Source: an uncultured Gemmatimonadaceae bacterium (lineage in GTDB: Bacteria; Gemmatimonadota; Gemmatimonadetes; Gemmatimonadales; Gemmatimonadaceae). From it: DNA of 64,000 nucleotides. The stretch is from positions 1,056,001 to 1,120,000 of the forward strand of contig CAWJMB010000002.1 of the NCBI GenBank assembly GCA_963843845.1, in the 5' to 3' direction. Shown piece after piece: positions 40,187 through 53,472 of this stretch (the stretch's first letter is position 1; every line of letters begins with the position of its first letter). Both the position numbers and the translations under genes were made by a program. The notes beneath the pieces were generated by a model, which ran no database searches, was not told the DNA's origin, and saw only the letters and a list, made by a program, of their open reading frames with translations.

Positions 40187-41485
40187 CTAGCCGAGCACCC
40201 CGATCGACGTCGGGCCCGCGAACCCGGGGAAGATCGGCGACACGTCCCTCGCGCCGAGGTGCTTGGTCGTGATCTCGGCGAACACGGAGCGGAAGTCGGT
40301 CGTCAGCGCGAGGTCGCGCCCTTCGTTGAGCTGCTCCGGCGCGAGCCCGGGCCAGCGCCCGTGCACCCTGTGCCCCGCGACCGAGCCGCCGATCACGAAC
40401 ATCGCGCCGGCGTGACCGTGGTCGGTGCCCCCCGTGCCGTTCTGGCGCGCGGTGCGGCCGAACTCGGACATGGTGAGGATGACGACATCGCTCATGCGAT
40501 CGCCGAGGTCCGCGACGAGCGCGTTGATGGAGCGGGCGAACTCGTCGAGCCGATTCGCGAGCTGGCCGGTCGCGGCACCCTGGTTCACGTGCGTGTCCCA
40601 CCCGCCGACGTCGGCGAACGCGACCTCGAGGCCGACGTTGGCCTTGATGAGCTGCGCGATCTGGAGGAGTCGCTGGCCGAACTGCGTGTTCGGATACGCG
40701 GCGCCGTGCTGCGCCGCGTAGCGTCGCGGGTTCGCGGCGCGCAGCACCTTCATCGCCTCGAACATCTCGTTGCCGGCGCCGTGAACGAGGTCGGCCGATC
40801 CGGTGCGGTACAGCGCCTCCAGCCGCTGCTCCGCGTCGTCGCCGCTCGCGCGGATCGTGAAGTCGTCGATGCTGCTCATCGCGACGCTCGGCGCCGGGCC
40901 TTGCAGCGCGCGCGGTGTCTGCGAGGTCATCGAGACGGCGCGGAACGGCTGGCCGTCCTTGTCGACGATCGCGCTCGACGCGGGAGACGCCGCCTGCGAC
41001 GCACACCCCGACTCGCAGGTGCCGCGCACGGCGAGGTAGCGGTTGAGCCACCCGTCGTGCGTGCCCTTCACGTCGGGCGTCGCCGTCTCCATGTAGTCCT
41101 GCGCGTCGAAGTGCGAGCGGGTCGTGCTCGGACTCCCGACGGCGTGGATCGGCGCGAGCAGGCCACGGTCCCAGAGCGGCTTCATCGGCGCGAGCGACGG
41201 GTGCAGCGCGAAGAAGCCGTCGAGATCGATCGCTCCGTTCGCGCGGCCGGGCTGCGGGATCGCGATGTTCGGGCGGAGGGCGTAGTACGACCGGTCGCCG
41301 AACGGCACGAGCACGTTGAGCGCGTCGGCGGCGCCGCGCTGGAACAGGCAGATGAGCACCTTCCCCGGCCGCGGCACGGCCCCCGCCAGCTCCTGCGCGA
41401 ACACGCTGCGGCGGAGGAAGCTCGGGCTGAGGCCCAACGTCACGAGCGACAGGGCGCCCGATTTCAGGAACACTCTCCGTTGCAT
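40187..41485 (-). CDS. DUF1501 family Tat-exported protein
   Basis: Tat motif RRVFLK, FQRGAADAL, ALHPSL, RSHFDAQ, GGWDTH, SEFGRT, GTDHG, TTDFRSV. Confidence 0.92.
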   Translation of the reverse strand: MQRRVFLKSGALSLVTLGLSPSFLRRSVFAQELAGAVPRPGKVLICLFQRGAADALNVLVPFGDRSYYALRPNIAIPQPGRANGAIDLDGFFALHPSLAPMKPLWDRGLLAPIHAVGSPSTTRSHFDAQDYMETATPDVKGTHDGWLNRYLAVRGTCESGCASQAASPASSAIVDKDGQPFRAVSMTSQTPRALQGPAPSVAMSSIDDFTIRASGDDAEQRLEALYRTGSADLVHGAGNEMFEAMKVLRAANPRRYAAQHGAAYPNTQFGQRLLQIAQLIKANVGLEVAFADVGGWDTHVNQGAATGQLANRLDEFARSINALVADLGDRMSDVVILTMSEFGRTARQNGTGGTDHGHAGAMFVIGGSVAGHRVHGRWPGLAPEQLNEGRDLALTTDFRSVFAEITTKHLGARDVSPIFPGFAGPTSIGVLG

Positions 41486-41498
41486 GTCTCGACTCCGG

Positions 41499-43506
41499 TC
41501 AGCGGCGCTGAAACTCGGGGGCGCCGAACGCGAGCCCGACGATCTGCGCGAATCCGTTCAGCGGCGGCAGCGTCCCGGCAACCATCGGCTGCGCGCGCCC
41601 GGCCTTCACCGCCTCACGCGCCACGGCCGCCGGATCGTCGCCGCGGCGCTCGCTCCGGCGCTCCGCGCGACGGCGCTGGACGTCGCCGCTCGTGCCGCTC
41701 ATCGTGCCGCTCATCGTGCCTGCCGTCGTCGCGGCGTTCGGATCGGTCGCGTCGGCCCCGGCGGTCATCGCGAGCGAGTCGAGCGAGGCGCGGGCGCGCG
41801 GCGACGCGAGGAGCGGGTTCTCTCCCGACAGGAGCACCGCGCGCGTGTCTGGCGAGACCCCACCGCCGAACAGCGCCGCGACGACGCCATCCACCTGCTG
41901 CTCGCGCGACGCGTCGCGCAGCGTCGACGCGACCGACCAGTCGGCGATCCGCGCGCCGGGGAGCCGGTTCGCGGCGACGATGAGCCCGAAGTTGATGCGG
42001 TTCGAGGATCGCGCCCGTGTTCATCCACGCGTCGCCGGTCTCCGGCTAGCCGTTCGGCGCCTGGTGTCCGAAGATCGGCTGGCCGAGCCGCGCGACGAGC
42101 TGCGCCGTGCGCGGCGTCGTGTCCGGTGCGGCGCCGACGGCGCGCGCGGCGCTGACGACGAGCTCGAACGGCGACTTCACCTTCGAGCGGAACGCCGCGC
42201 GCGCAGAAGAACTCGGGCGACGTGACGATCGTGCGCAGCGTCTCGCGGATGTCGCCGTCGGTGCGCGTGAACGTCGCGGCGGCGCGGTCGACGAGCGCCG
42301 TCGGCGGCGTGTCGACGACGAAGCGGCGCGCGAGCTTCGTCGCGATGAACCGCGCCGTCGCCGGATGCCGCGCGAGGAGGTCGAGCACCTGCTTCGCCGT
42401 CCTCGATGCCGCGGCCGGCGGCGAGCGTATGCCCGAGGACCAGCTTCGCGCCCGCATCGTGCACCTCGGGGCGGAACACGAAGCCGCCGCCCTGCGCCGG
42501 ACGCGCTTCAGCGTCCAGCCGGTGAGCGCCCGCGCGACCTCGATGACGTCCTCCTGCGTGTAGCCGCCGTCGACGCCCAGCGTGTGCAGCTCCATCAGCT
42601 CGCGCGCGTAGTTCTCGTTCAGGCCCTTGGGCCGACGGTTCTGCGCGACCTGGCCGAGCTGCGTCATGCGCTCTCGCTGCTCGGCGGTGATGCGCCCGCG
42701 CTGACGGCGCGGTCGAGGGCCTGCCGGCGCTGCGCCGGGGTCATCTGCGCGAAGGCGCCGCGCGTCGTGCGCCGGCCGTCGGCGAGCGTCGGGCGCGCGC
42801 TGTCGGCGACGCTCTGGAAGTTGTCGAGGTACTGCAACATCGCGTCGCTCTTCGCGACCGCGCCGAGCAGATCGCGGAACTTGCCGAAGGCATGGGTGCG
42901 GATCGACCGCGTCGTACTGCGGCAGGGTGTAGCGCACCCGGTCCTTCCCGGCGAACACGTTGAAGTGGTTCTCCCAGAAGTCGGTCATCACTTCCTGCAA
43001 CTGCCGCTCGCTCGTGACGGCGCGCGCCACCTTCGCCGCCTGCAGCTCGCCGGCGACACGGTACGATTCGCGCGCCGCCGGCGCGCAGCTTCATCGAATC
43101 GTCGGCCGAGATCGCTCACGGCGCTGTCGCGGCGCCCCCCCGCACGACCGGCGCGACCGGCGCCGGTCGCGCGCGCCGTCTGGGCCAGCACGACGCCCGG
43201 CGGCGGAAACTCGCGCAGCAACTCGGCGCCGCTCATCGCGAGCACGGGGAAGCGCGCCACGAACGCGTCGGCCGACGCATCGGCGATGCGCTCCGGGTGC
43301 AGCTGCTCGTCGATCCAGCGGTCGACGCCGGCGGCCCGCACCCGTTCGACGTCGCCCGGGCGCGGGCCGAACGTGAGGCGGTTGAGCGCCTGCAGCACCT
43401 GCTGGTCGGCGGTCAGCTCGCGCGCGGCAGGCGGCTGAACCGGTGCGGCCGCAGTGGCGACGGCGACGGTGAGAGTGGCGAGCGCGAACAGTCGGCGACG
43501 AGTCAT
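41499..43506 (-). CDS. DUF1800 family protein broken by about six indels and one in-frame TAG (42046-42048)
   Basis: Fragments in alternating frames: LNRLTFGPRPG, QLQEVMTDFWENHFNV, AMLQYLDN, NENYARELMELHTLG, RALTGWT, HPATARFIA, KVKSPFE, APEFQRR. Canonical partner of DUF1501. Confidence 0.85.
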
Positions 43507-43882
43507 GCGTGGCTCCTGGTGGCGCACTGTCGGACGACCGGGAGGACCGCCGTTAAGAGGCTGTCGCCGGCTGGAGCGCCGCGGCTCCAGCGTCCGATGT
43601 GCCCGCGCGGCGACCGGCGATTCATGTGCGACCGAGTGGCTGCCGAGACTCGACCGGGGCGAGCCGTGACCGGAGGATCGTCGCGCGGGTCATACAGGTC
43701 GGCGACGCGTCACCGTGCTGTCACGTGCCAGTGACGGTACTTGCCCGGTGGAAACGCCGTCGCCAGCGTGATGCAGATCACGGCGGAGCGGAAAAAATCG
43801 GGCGATCGTCGACTCCGGCGATGCCGAACGCTCCGTAGGGTCGTCGGCACGACGTACCGCAGCAGCAGCCTGTGGAGGGCTC

Positions 43883-44497
43883 ATGGATTTCCTGGTGTTG
43901 CTCGACGAGGGAACGGATCCGGCACGCCCGGCAACGATCGATGCGACGCGCGCCGGGGGCGCGGCTCCGGTCACCTCGGCTTCTCCGGTCGGCGGCCCGG
44001 CGGGGCCGCTCGCGCACGTGAACTCGATTCCGTCGACCGACGCGTTCGGCGCCGCGCCGCGCGAAGTCGTCACGCTGTACGGTGCCGTCGACGCGCAGGC
44101 GCTCGCGCTCGCGCTCGCGGCGGCGTTCGAGGGGCAGCGGGTCGGCCCCCCGACGCCGAGCGCCATCCGTCATCTCGGTGTCTGGCCAGAGCGCGGTGCG
44201 GTCGGTGACGCGGCGTGGCGCGACGAGCGCACGGGACAGCTGATGACCCAGGACGTCGAGATCCCGTATCTCACGCTCTCCGAGACCGCGCGCCGTCTGC
44301 TCGCGGAGTGCGGATCGACGCTGGGGCAGATGGTCGCCGGGCTCAACATGCCCGACTGGCCGGAAGGGGCGCGGCGTGCGATCAACTTCTCGCTCGGCTT
44401 CTCGGAGAGCGCCCCGCTGGCGCCGGCCGGTGTCGGCGGCGACGCGCTGCTCGATTCGCTGCGCGAGGCGGACGGCTACGACGTGGAGGGTGACTAA
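43883..44497 (+). CDS. Hypothetical protein
   Basis: GGAGGG RBS, genome-typical codon usage, followed by a terminator. No family recognised. Confidence 0.65.
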   Translation: MDFLVLLDEGTDPARPATIDATRAGGAAPVTSASPVGGPAGPLAHVNSIPSTDAFGAAPREVVTLYGAVDAQALALALAAAFEGQRVGPPTPSAIRHLGVWPERGAVGDAAWRDERTGQLMTQDVEIPYLTLSETARRLLAECGSTLGQMVAGLNMPDWPEGARRAINFSLGFSESAPLAPAGVGGDALLDSLREADGYDVEGD

Positions 44498-44528
44498 CGA
44501 ACCCTTCCGTCGTCTGACTCGCGTAGGA

Positions 44529-44573
44529 CAGAGCGCCCGGATCTCCCTTCGCGGAGGCCGGGCGTTTCTGCGT
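44529..44573 (+). terminator. Intrinsic terminator
   Basis: CAGAGCGCCCGG...CCGGGCGTTTCTG stem around a TTCG-containing inner hairpin. Confidence 0.65.
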
Positions 44574-44699
44574 TCTGGCCCGGCGACGGCCGGTCGGGTG
44601 GCCGAAGGGCGCGACCGACTTCCTGCACGGCGGGACTCGCCGCGGTGCGGCGGGGCCGTCCCCCGTCGGCGTCGCGTTCCGCCGTCGCCGAGAAGGCTC

Positions 44700-44728
44700 T
44701 TGACGGTCTTCGCCCCCGCGCGCACGCT
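44700..44728 (+). promoter_or_regulatory. Putative sigma70 promoter of the EF-G paralogue
   Basis: TTGACG-17 nt-CACGCT, with an AGGAG RBS downstream. Confidence 0.45.
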
Positions 44729-44775
44729 GAGGGTACGGGGTCCGACGTCAAGACCAGGGTCGTCAGGAGCGGATC

Positions 44776-46887
44776 ATGAAAGAGTACGGCAGCAGAGACA
44801 TCCGGAACGTCGCGGTCGTCGGGCATGGCGCCAGCGGGAAGACGAGTCTCGTCGACGCCATGGCCTGGGCCGCGGGAGCGAGCAAGCGCCGCGGAGCGGT
44901 GCGCGACGGCACGAGCCTCACCGACTTCACGCCCGAAGAGATCGAGCGCGGCTACTCCATCACCCTCGGGTGCGCGTACGCCGAGTGGGAAGGGTGCAAG
45001 ATCAACCTGCTGGACACGCCCGGGTATCTCGACTTCCAGGGCGACGCGATCGCGGGACTCGCCGCGGCCGACGGCGCGCTGGTCGTCGTGTCGGCGACGA
45101 GCGGCGTCGAGGTCGGCACCGAGAAGATGTTCCACGAAGCCGTGCGTCGCGCCGACCCCGTCCTCTTCGTCGTGTCGATGATGGACAAGGAGCAGGCAGG
45201 CTTCGACGCGATCTACCGGCAGATCAAGGAGCGCCTCACGAGCAAGGTCGTTCCTGTCGAGATCCCGTTAGGCGAGGGCGGCACGCTGCGCGGCGTGATG
45301 AACCTGTTCACGAAGAAGGCGTACGTCTACAAACAGGGCGCGAAGAACGGCGAATACGACGAGATCGACATCCCGGCCGAGGCACAGCCGCGCTTCGATC
45401 AGTACCGCGAGGAGATGATCGAAGCCGTGAGCTCGACCGACGACACGCTGCTCGAGCGGTATCTCGAGGGGGCAGAGATCGGGCGCGACGAAGTCATCGC
45501 CGGAATGAAGGAGGCGATGAAGCGCGAGGACCTCTTCCCCCTGTTCTCCGTGTCGAGCGAGAGCATGATCGGCGTGCGCGCGCTGCTCACCGAGATCGTG
45601 CAGTTGATGCCGTCGGCGTGGGAGATGGAAGAGATCCACGGGTTTCACGGCGCCGAGGGCGATCGGACGGTCGAGATCCACGCGAACGACGACGCGCCGC
45701 TGGCCGCGCTCGTGTTCAAGACGCACGCCGAGCCACACGTCGGCGACGTCTCGTACTTTCGCATCCTGTCAGGAAGCGTGTCGAACGGGCAGGACGTGTT
45801 CAATGCGACGCGCGACGTCGTCGAGAAGCTGAACCACCTGTCGATCCCGTGCGGCAAGGAGCGTGTCGAAGTCGGCCGGCTGCACGCGGGCGACATCGGC
45901 TGCGTGGCGAAGCTGCGCAACACGCACACGAACGACACCCTCTCGACACGCGAGCACCCCGTCCGGCTCCCGCAGATCGAATTCCCCGACGCGATCGTGC
46001 ACTTCGCCGTGCACGCGCAGGCGCGCGAGATGGAGGAGAAGCTCCAGCAGGGGCTGCACCGGCTGCACGACGAGGACCCGACCTTCACCGTGCAGTACGT
46101 TCCCGACACGCGCGAGACCGTCGTCGGCGGGATGGGGGAGCGGCACCTCGACGTGCAGCTCGCGCGGCTCAAGCGGAAGTACGGCGCGGGCGGCGAGCTG
46201 ACGCGGCCGAAGATCGCCTACCGCGAGACGATCACGGCGCAGGAGAAGGGGCAGGGACGCCACAAGAAGCAGACGGGCGGCAAGGGGCAGTTCGGCGACT
46301 GCTGGATCCGCATGGCGCCGCTGCCGCGCGGCGACGGCTACCGCTTCGACGACCAGATCGTCGGGGGCTCGATTCCGTCGAAGTACATCCCCGCCGTCGA
46401 CCGGGGGGTGCAGGAGGCCTCGGCGCGCGGCGTGCTCGCCGGCTTCCCGCTCGTCGACTTCCGCGTCGAGCTGTTCGACGGGTCGTACCACTCGGTCGAC
46501 TCGAGCGAGCAGGCGTTCAAGATGGCCGGCATCCTCGGCTTCCGCGCGGTCGCGCAGCGGTGTCGGCCGGTGCTGCTCGAGCCGCTCGACACGATCGAGA
46601 TCACGACGCCCGACGCGTACCTGGGCGACGTCATGGGCGACGTCTCGGCGCGGCGCGGGCACATCCTCGGGACCGACGTCGCGTCGGACGGGCGCGGCAC
46701 GACCGTGCGCGCGGTCGTGCCGCAGTCGGAGATGCACCTCTACGCGACGCACCTGCACTCGATGACGCACGGCTACGCGACGTTCGTGCGGCGCTTCCAC
46801 GGCTACGAGCAGATGCCGACCGACGCCGCGCAGAAAGTGATCGAGGCGCACGCGAAGCAGCGCGAGGAGGCACTGGCGGAGGCCTGA
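44776..46887 (+). CDS. Elongation factor G paralogue (EF-G2-like)
   Basis: IRNVAVVGHGASGKTS, DTPGYLDF, GMGERHL, AYRETI, HKKQTGGKGQFG, GSYHSVDSSEQAF, LLEP. Not in an rpsL-rpsG operon. Confidence 0.92.
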   Translation: MKEYGSRDIRNVAVVGHGASGKTSLVDAMAWAAGASKRRGAVRDGTSLTDFTPEEIERGYSITLGCAYAEWEGCKINLLDTPGYLDFQGDAIAGLAAADGALVVVSATSGVEVGTEKMFHEAVRRADPVLFVVSMMDKEQAGFDAIYRQIKERLTSKVVPVEIPLGEGGTLRGVMNLFTKKAYVYKQGAKNGEYDEIDIPAEAQPRFDQYREEMIEAVSSTDDTLLERYLEGAEIGRDEVIAGMKEAMKREDLFPLFSVSSESMIGVRALLTEIVQLMPSAWEMEEIHGFHGAEGDRTVEIHANDDAPLAALVFKTHAEPHVGDVSYFRILSGSVSNGQDVFNATRDVVEKLNHLSIPCGKERVEVGRLHAGDIGCVAKLRNTHTNDTLSTREHPVRLPQIEFPDAIVHFAVHAQAREMEEKLQQGLHRLHDEDPTFTVQYVPDTRETVVGGMGERHLDVQLARLKRKYGAGGELTRPKIAYRETITAQEKGQGRHKKQTGGKGQFGDCWIRMAPLPRGDGYRFDDQIVGGSIPSKYIPAVDRGVQEASARGVLAGFPLVDFRVELFDGSYHSVDSSEQAFKMAGILGFRAVAQRCRPVLLEPLDTIEITTPDAYLGDVMGDVSARRGHILGTDVASDGRGTTVRAVVPQSEMHLYATHLHSMTHGYATFVRRFHGYEQMPTDAAQKVIEAHAKQREEALAEA

Positions 46888-46981
46888 CCGCGGTCGGCGG
46901 TCAGCGTCTCGCCCGGGATCTGCGTAGACAACCGGCCGCAGTGCACCCGACCTCGAGCGGCATCCCTGCTCCCCGTCGCTC

Positions 46982-49696
<2,715 letters not shown>

Positions 49697-49759
49697 GCGC
49701 GCCGGGCGACGTGCAGTGCGGCGGCGGCCGTGACGAGCGCCGCGCACGCGCGATCGACG

Positions 49760-50514
49760 CTACACCTTTCGGTACGACACGCGCGCCGCCTCGCGCCGGT
49801 CGCTCGCCGAGTAGATCTCGAAGTCGGCGAAGAACGCCGGCGACTCCCGCTGCATGAGCCGGATGATCGCGACGGCGAGGCGCCGGATCTCGAGCTCCGC
49901 GCCCTCGCTCGACCGCATCTCGAGGATCGCCCGCCACGCGCGCACGTTCGCCGTGAACACGATCTTCGTCTCGGTCGAGTTCGGGAGCACGCCGCGCGCC
50001 GCCTCGCGCGCCATCTTGCGACGGTGGACCTTGTCGTCGACCCACTTGTAGCGCTCCATCAGCCGCTCGACGAGCGCCACGTACGACGCCTGCGCCCCCT
50101 CGATCTGCGCCCGCCACGCGCTCTCCAGCAGATCCTCGTCGCCGAGCGATCGCCGGCGGCACGACGAAGTTCGCCTCGCTCTCGTCGACGTAGCGCTGCG
50201 AGAGCTGTGACATCGCGGTCCCCGCACGGTGCCGCACCAGCTCGTGCGTCAGCGAGCGGCTCACTCCCTCGAGCAGCAGCGAGTAGCTCGCGTGTTCGAG
50301 CACGCTTCCGTGCCCCTGCTTCTTGATGTTCTCGAGGTAGTTCGCGGTCGTGCGCTGCGCCGGGTTTCGCTGCGACATGTAGCACAGGCGCCCGGCGAAC
50401 TCCGCGAGGCGCTCGCCGTCGGTGCTCTCGCCGATCCACGAGACGGGGAGGTGCTCGGGCTCGACGAAACTGCGGGCGCGCGACGAGCGTGATCTTCGGT
50501 TCGGTGTAGAGCAT
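49760..50514 (-). CDS. thyX: FAD-dependent thymidylate synthase, frameshifts near 50465 and 50148
   Basis: EFAGRLCY, GHGSVLEHA, SRSLTHELVRHRAGTAMSQLSQRYV (ThyX motif), REAARGVLPN, AELEIR. Confidence 0.92.
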
Positions 50515-50517
50515 CCG

Positions 50518-52295
50518 TCAGGCGGGGATCGGGGATCGGGGACCGGGGACCGGGACAGCAGGAGAATCGCCACCCGATCCCCGATCCCCGATCCCCTGCT
50601 GTGCATCGAGCGTATCCAATCGAAAGCGCGCATACTCGCGCCGCTCCGCGACGCGGTCGAGCGCGCGCCGCGCGGCGACCGGGAGCGGCGCGAGCGCCGG
50701 GTCGTACTTCACGTCGCCGATCGGCTGCTGGGCCGGGAGCGCGACCTTGACTCCGGGATTCAGCACGCCGTCCGGATCGAACGCGCGCTTCGTCGCGGCG
50801 AACAGCGCGAGCGCGTCGGCCTGCCACACGCGCGGCATGAGGGGAGTGCGGAGCCGCCCGTCGCCGTGCTCGCCGGCGAGCGTACCGCCCAACGACGCGA
50901 CGAGTGCGGTCACGTCGTCGAGCAGCGCGGCCACGCGCGAGCGCCAGTCCGCGCGCCGCACGTCGATCAGCGGGTTCACGTGCACGTGGCGCGTCGCCCG
51001 CATGGCCGAAGATCACGCCGCGCGTGTCGTGCCGGGCGAGCGCCGCGCGCACCCCGCGCACGTAGGCCGGAAGGCGGTCGGCCGGCACCGTCGCCGTCTT
51101 CGATGAACTGCATCGACTTGAGCGACGGATCGAGCCGCGCGAGGATCGGGCTCGCCGCGTGCCGCAGCGCCCACAGCGCACGCTCGGCGCGCGCGTCGAG
51201 CGCGACGCGAACGTCGCGCGCGCCGGCCGCGAGCAGCACTCCCGCGAGCCGCTCCACCGAACCGCGCACGTCGCCGGCCGACGCGCCGTCGAGCTCGATC
51301 AGGAGGGCCGCTTCGGCGTCGTCCGGAACCGTCGGTAGCGCGTCGTGCGCCCCGTCGACGTCCGCCGCGCCGTGCGCCCGATGCCCCCCCTGCGCGGCGA
51401 CGTCGAGGAAGGTGCGGTCGAGCAGCTCGCAGGCGCTCGCGCCCGCTCTCGCGCGCCTGCGCGGCGCCGATCACGGCCCCCTCGAGCGTCGCGAACGCGG
51501 CCAGCAGGCTGCTCGTCGCGTTCGGCGGCGCCGTCAGCGCCAGCTCGAGTCCCACGAACAGCGCGAGCGTTCCCTCGGATCCGACGAGCAGGTCGACCAG
51601 CTCGCCGCTCGCCGCGTAGTCGGCGAGCGCGTATCCCGACGACTCTTTGCGCACGTCGTGGATCGGCACGGCGCCGGCCGCGCGAGCGTCGGCGCCACGT
51701 CGGCGAGGAAACGTCGCACGGCGGGCACGTCGGGCGGGGGCGCGCCGCGCCGCACGACCGCGCGCGTTCCGTCGGCGAACACGCAGTCGAGCGCCGACAC
51801 CCAGCGCCGCGTCGCGCCGTGGCGCAGGGCGCGCGCGCCGGCCGCATTCGTCGACGCCATCCCGCCCACCGTGCAGAACGCGCCGCTCGACGGGTCGGGC
51901 GGAAAGCGTGAGTCCGGCCGTGCGCGCCGCGGCGTCGACGGCACCGCGCACCGCGCCCGGCCCGACGCGGATGCGTCCGCGTCGCCGAGTCCGTTCCCGT
52001 CGGCCACCACCTCGCCGATCGCATCGAGCCGCGACAGGTCGACGATGACGCCGGCGCCGACGGCGCCCCCGGCCATGCCGCTTCCCGAGCCGCGCGGGAC
52101 GAGCGCCGTGCGGGTGCGCGCTGCCCACGCCACCAGCGGCCCGACGTCCGCCGCGTCGCGCGGGACGACGACCGCCGCCGGGACGCACTGCGCGATTCCC
52201 GCCCCCTCGGCATAGACGGCCCGCGCGTCGAGGTCGGTGCGGACGAGGCCCGCGAAGCCGGGGATGTCGAGGCGGAGCGGGGGAGCGGGCGGCAC
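50518..52295 (-). CDS. FAD-binding oxidoreductase (GlcD/FAD_binding_4 type) with several indels
   Basis: VPRGSGSGMAGGAVG, PPDPSS, CTVGGM, VGSEGTL, IFGHAGD, HVNP, GEHGDG, FDPDGVLNPG, spread over several frames. Confidence 0.85.
50523..50596. repeat. Heptamer palindrome (GGGGAYC)n...(GATCCCC)n within the oxidoreductase 3' end, just upstream of thyX
   Basis: GGGGATC GGGGATC GGGGACC GGGGACC GGGA ... CCC GATCCCC GATCCCC GATCCCC. Confidence 0.85.
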
Positions 52296-52387
52296 GGCGG
52301 GAATCTAATCGCGGCGGGCGTGGGTGCGGCTCGACGGCGGCCGCGGCGCCCGCCATCGACGCGGAGCCGGTCGCTAGCTTTCCCGCC

Positions 52388-53431
52388 ATGCCGACCGCCG
52401 CTGTAGCTGACGCCCGCCGATTCTGCGAGACGATCCTTCCGCAGGTCTCGCGCACCTTCGCGTTGGGCATCCGCGTCCTCCCCGGCGCGCTCGGCCGCGC
52501 GGTGCTCACGGCGTACCTCATCTGCCGCATCGCCGACACCGTCGAGGACGCGCCCGCGCAGTCGCCCGACGAGAAGGGCGCGCTGTTCGACCGCCTGCTC
52601 GCCTGCTTCGACGACCCGGCCGCCGTGAGCGCCTTCGTCGCCGAGTCGCACGGGGTGACGGGTGAGGCGGCGCACCTCGAGCTCGTGCGGCGCGCGGATC
52701 TGGTGTTCGCGCACTTCCGTACGCTCCCCGCCACGACGCAGGCGATCGTGCGGCGCTGGGTCAGTGAGATGGTCGTCGGGATGCGGAAGTTCGTGTTCCT
52801 CTACCCGAACGGCATCCGCATCCAGACGGTCGAGGAGTTCCGCGAGTACTGCTACTACGTCGCCGGCACGGTCGGCTATCTGCTGACCGATCTGTGGCAC
52901 GAGCACTCGCCGGCGATCGGCGCGCGTCGCTACGAGCGCCTGCGCGAGCGGTGCCGCGCGTTCGCCGAGGCGCTGCAGACGGTGAACATCCTGAAGGACG
53001 TCGCGCACGACGCGAGCGTCGAGAACTCGATCTACGTCCCCGAGCAGTTGCTGCGCGAGCATGGCAGCACGCACGCCGCGCTGCTCGCCGCCGACCGCGA
53101 GGCGGCCAACCGGGGCGCCATCGAGCGCCTGATCGCGCTCGCGGCCGCCGACCTCGAGGAGGCGCGAGCCTACCTGCTGCTCATTCCGCGGCGGGCGCTC
53201 GCCATCCGGCTGTTCTGTATCCTCCCCCTGCTCCTCGCCCACGCCACGCTCCGCGACCTCACGCGCACGTCGGCGATGCTGCGCCCCGGCGGCGTGGTGA
53301 AGATCTCGCGTCGCGAGGTGAAGTCGCTGCTCGCGGCGGGAATCGTGTTCGCGGCGAGCAACGGGGCGGTGCGGTGGCTCGTCGAGCGGGTGAGTCGCCG
53401 CGCGTTCGTGCTGCGGTTCGTCAGTGGCTGA
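52388..53431 (+). CDS. Squalene/phytoene synthase family protein (squalene-synthase-like)
   Basis: VSRTFAL, YLICRIADTVED, YCYYVAGTVG, LQTVNILKD, VKISRREV. Confidence 0.88.
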   Translation: MPTAAVADARRFCETILPQVSRTFALGIRVLPGALGRAVLTAYLICRIADTVEDAPAQSPDEKGALFDRLLACFDDPAAVSAFVAESHGVTGEAAHLELVRRADLVFAHFRTLPATTQAIVRRWVSEMVVGMRKFVFLYPNGIRIQTVEEFREYCYYVAGTVGYLLTDLWHEHSPAIGARRYERLRERCRAFAEALQTVNILKDVAHDASVENSIYVPEQLLREHGSTHAALLAADREAANRGAIERLIALAAADLEEARAYLLLIPRRALAIRLFCILPLLLAHATLRDLTRTSAMLRPGGVVKISRREVKSLLAAGIVFAASNGAVRWLVERVSRRAFVLRFVSG

Positions 53432-53472
53432 CGGCCGTCGAGCCGATCGTCAGCAGGTCGCGTCGCGCTTCC

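Noticed and set aside
42046..42048. In-frame TAG in DUF1800 as possible recoding (pyrrolysine or readthrough)
   Set aside because: It lies in the most error-dense segment, is one substitution from TGG/TAC, and TAG is used as a normal stop elsewhere in the window.
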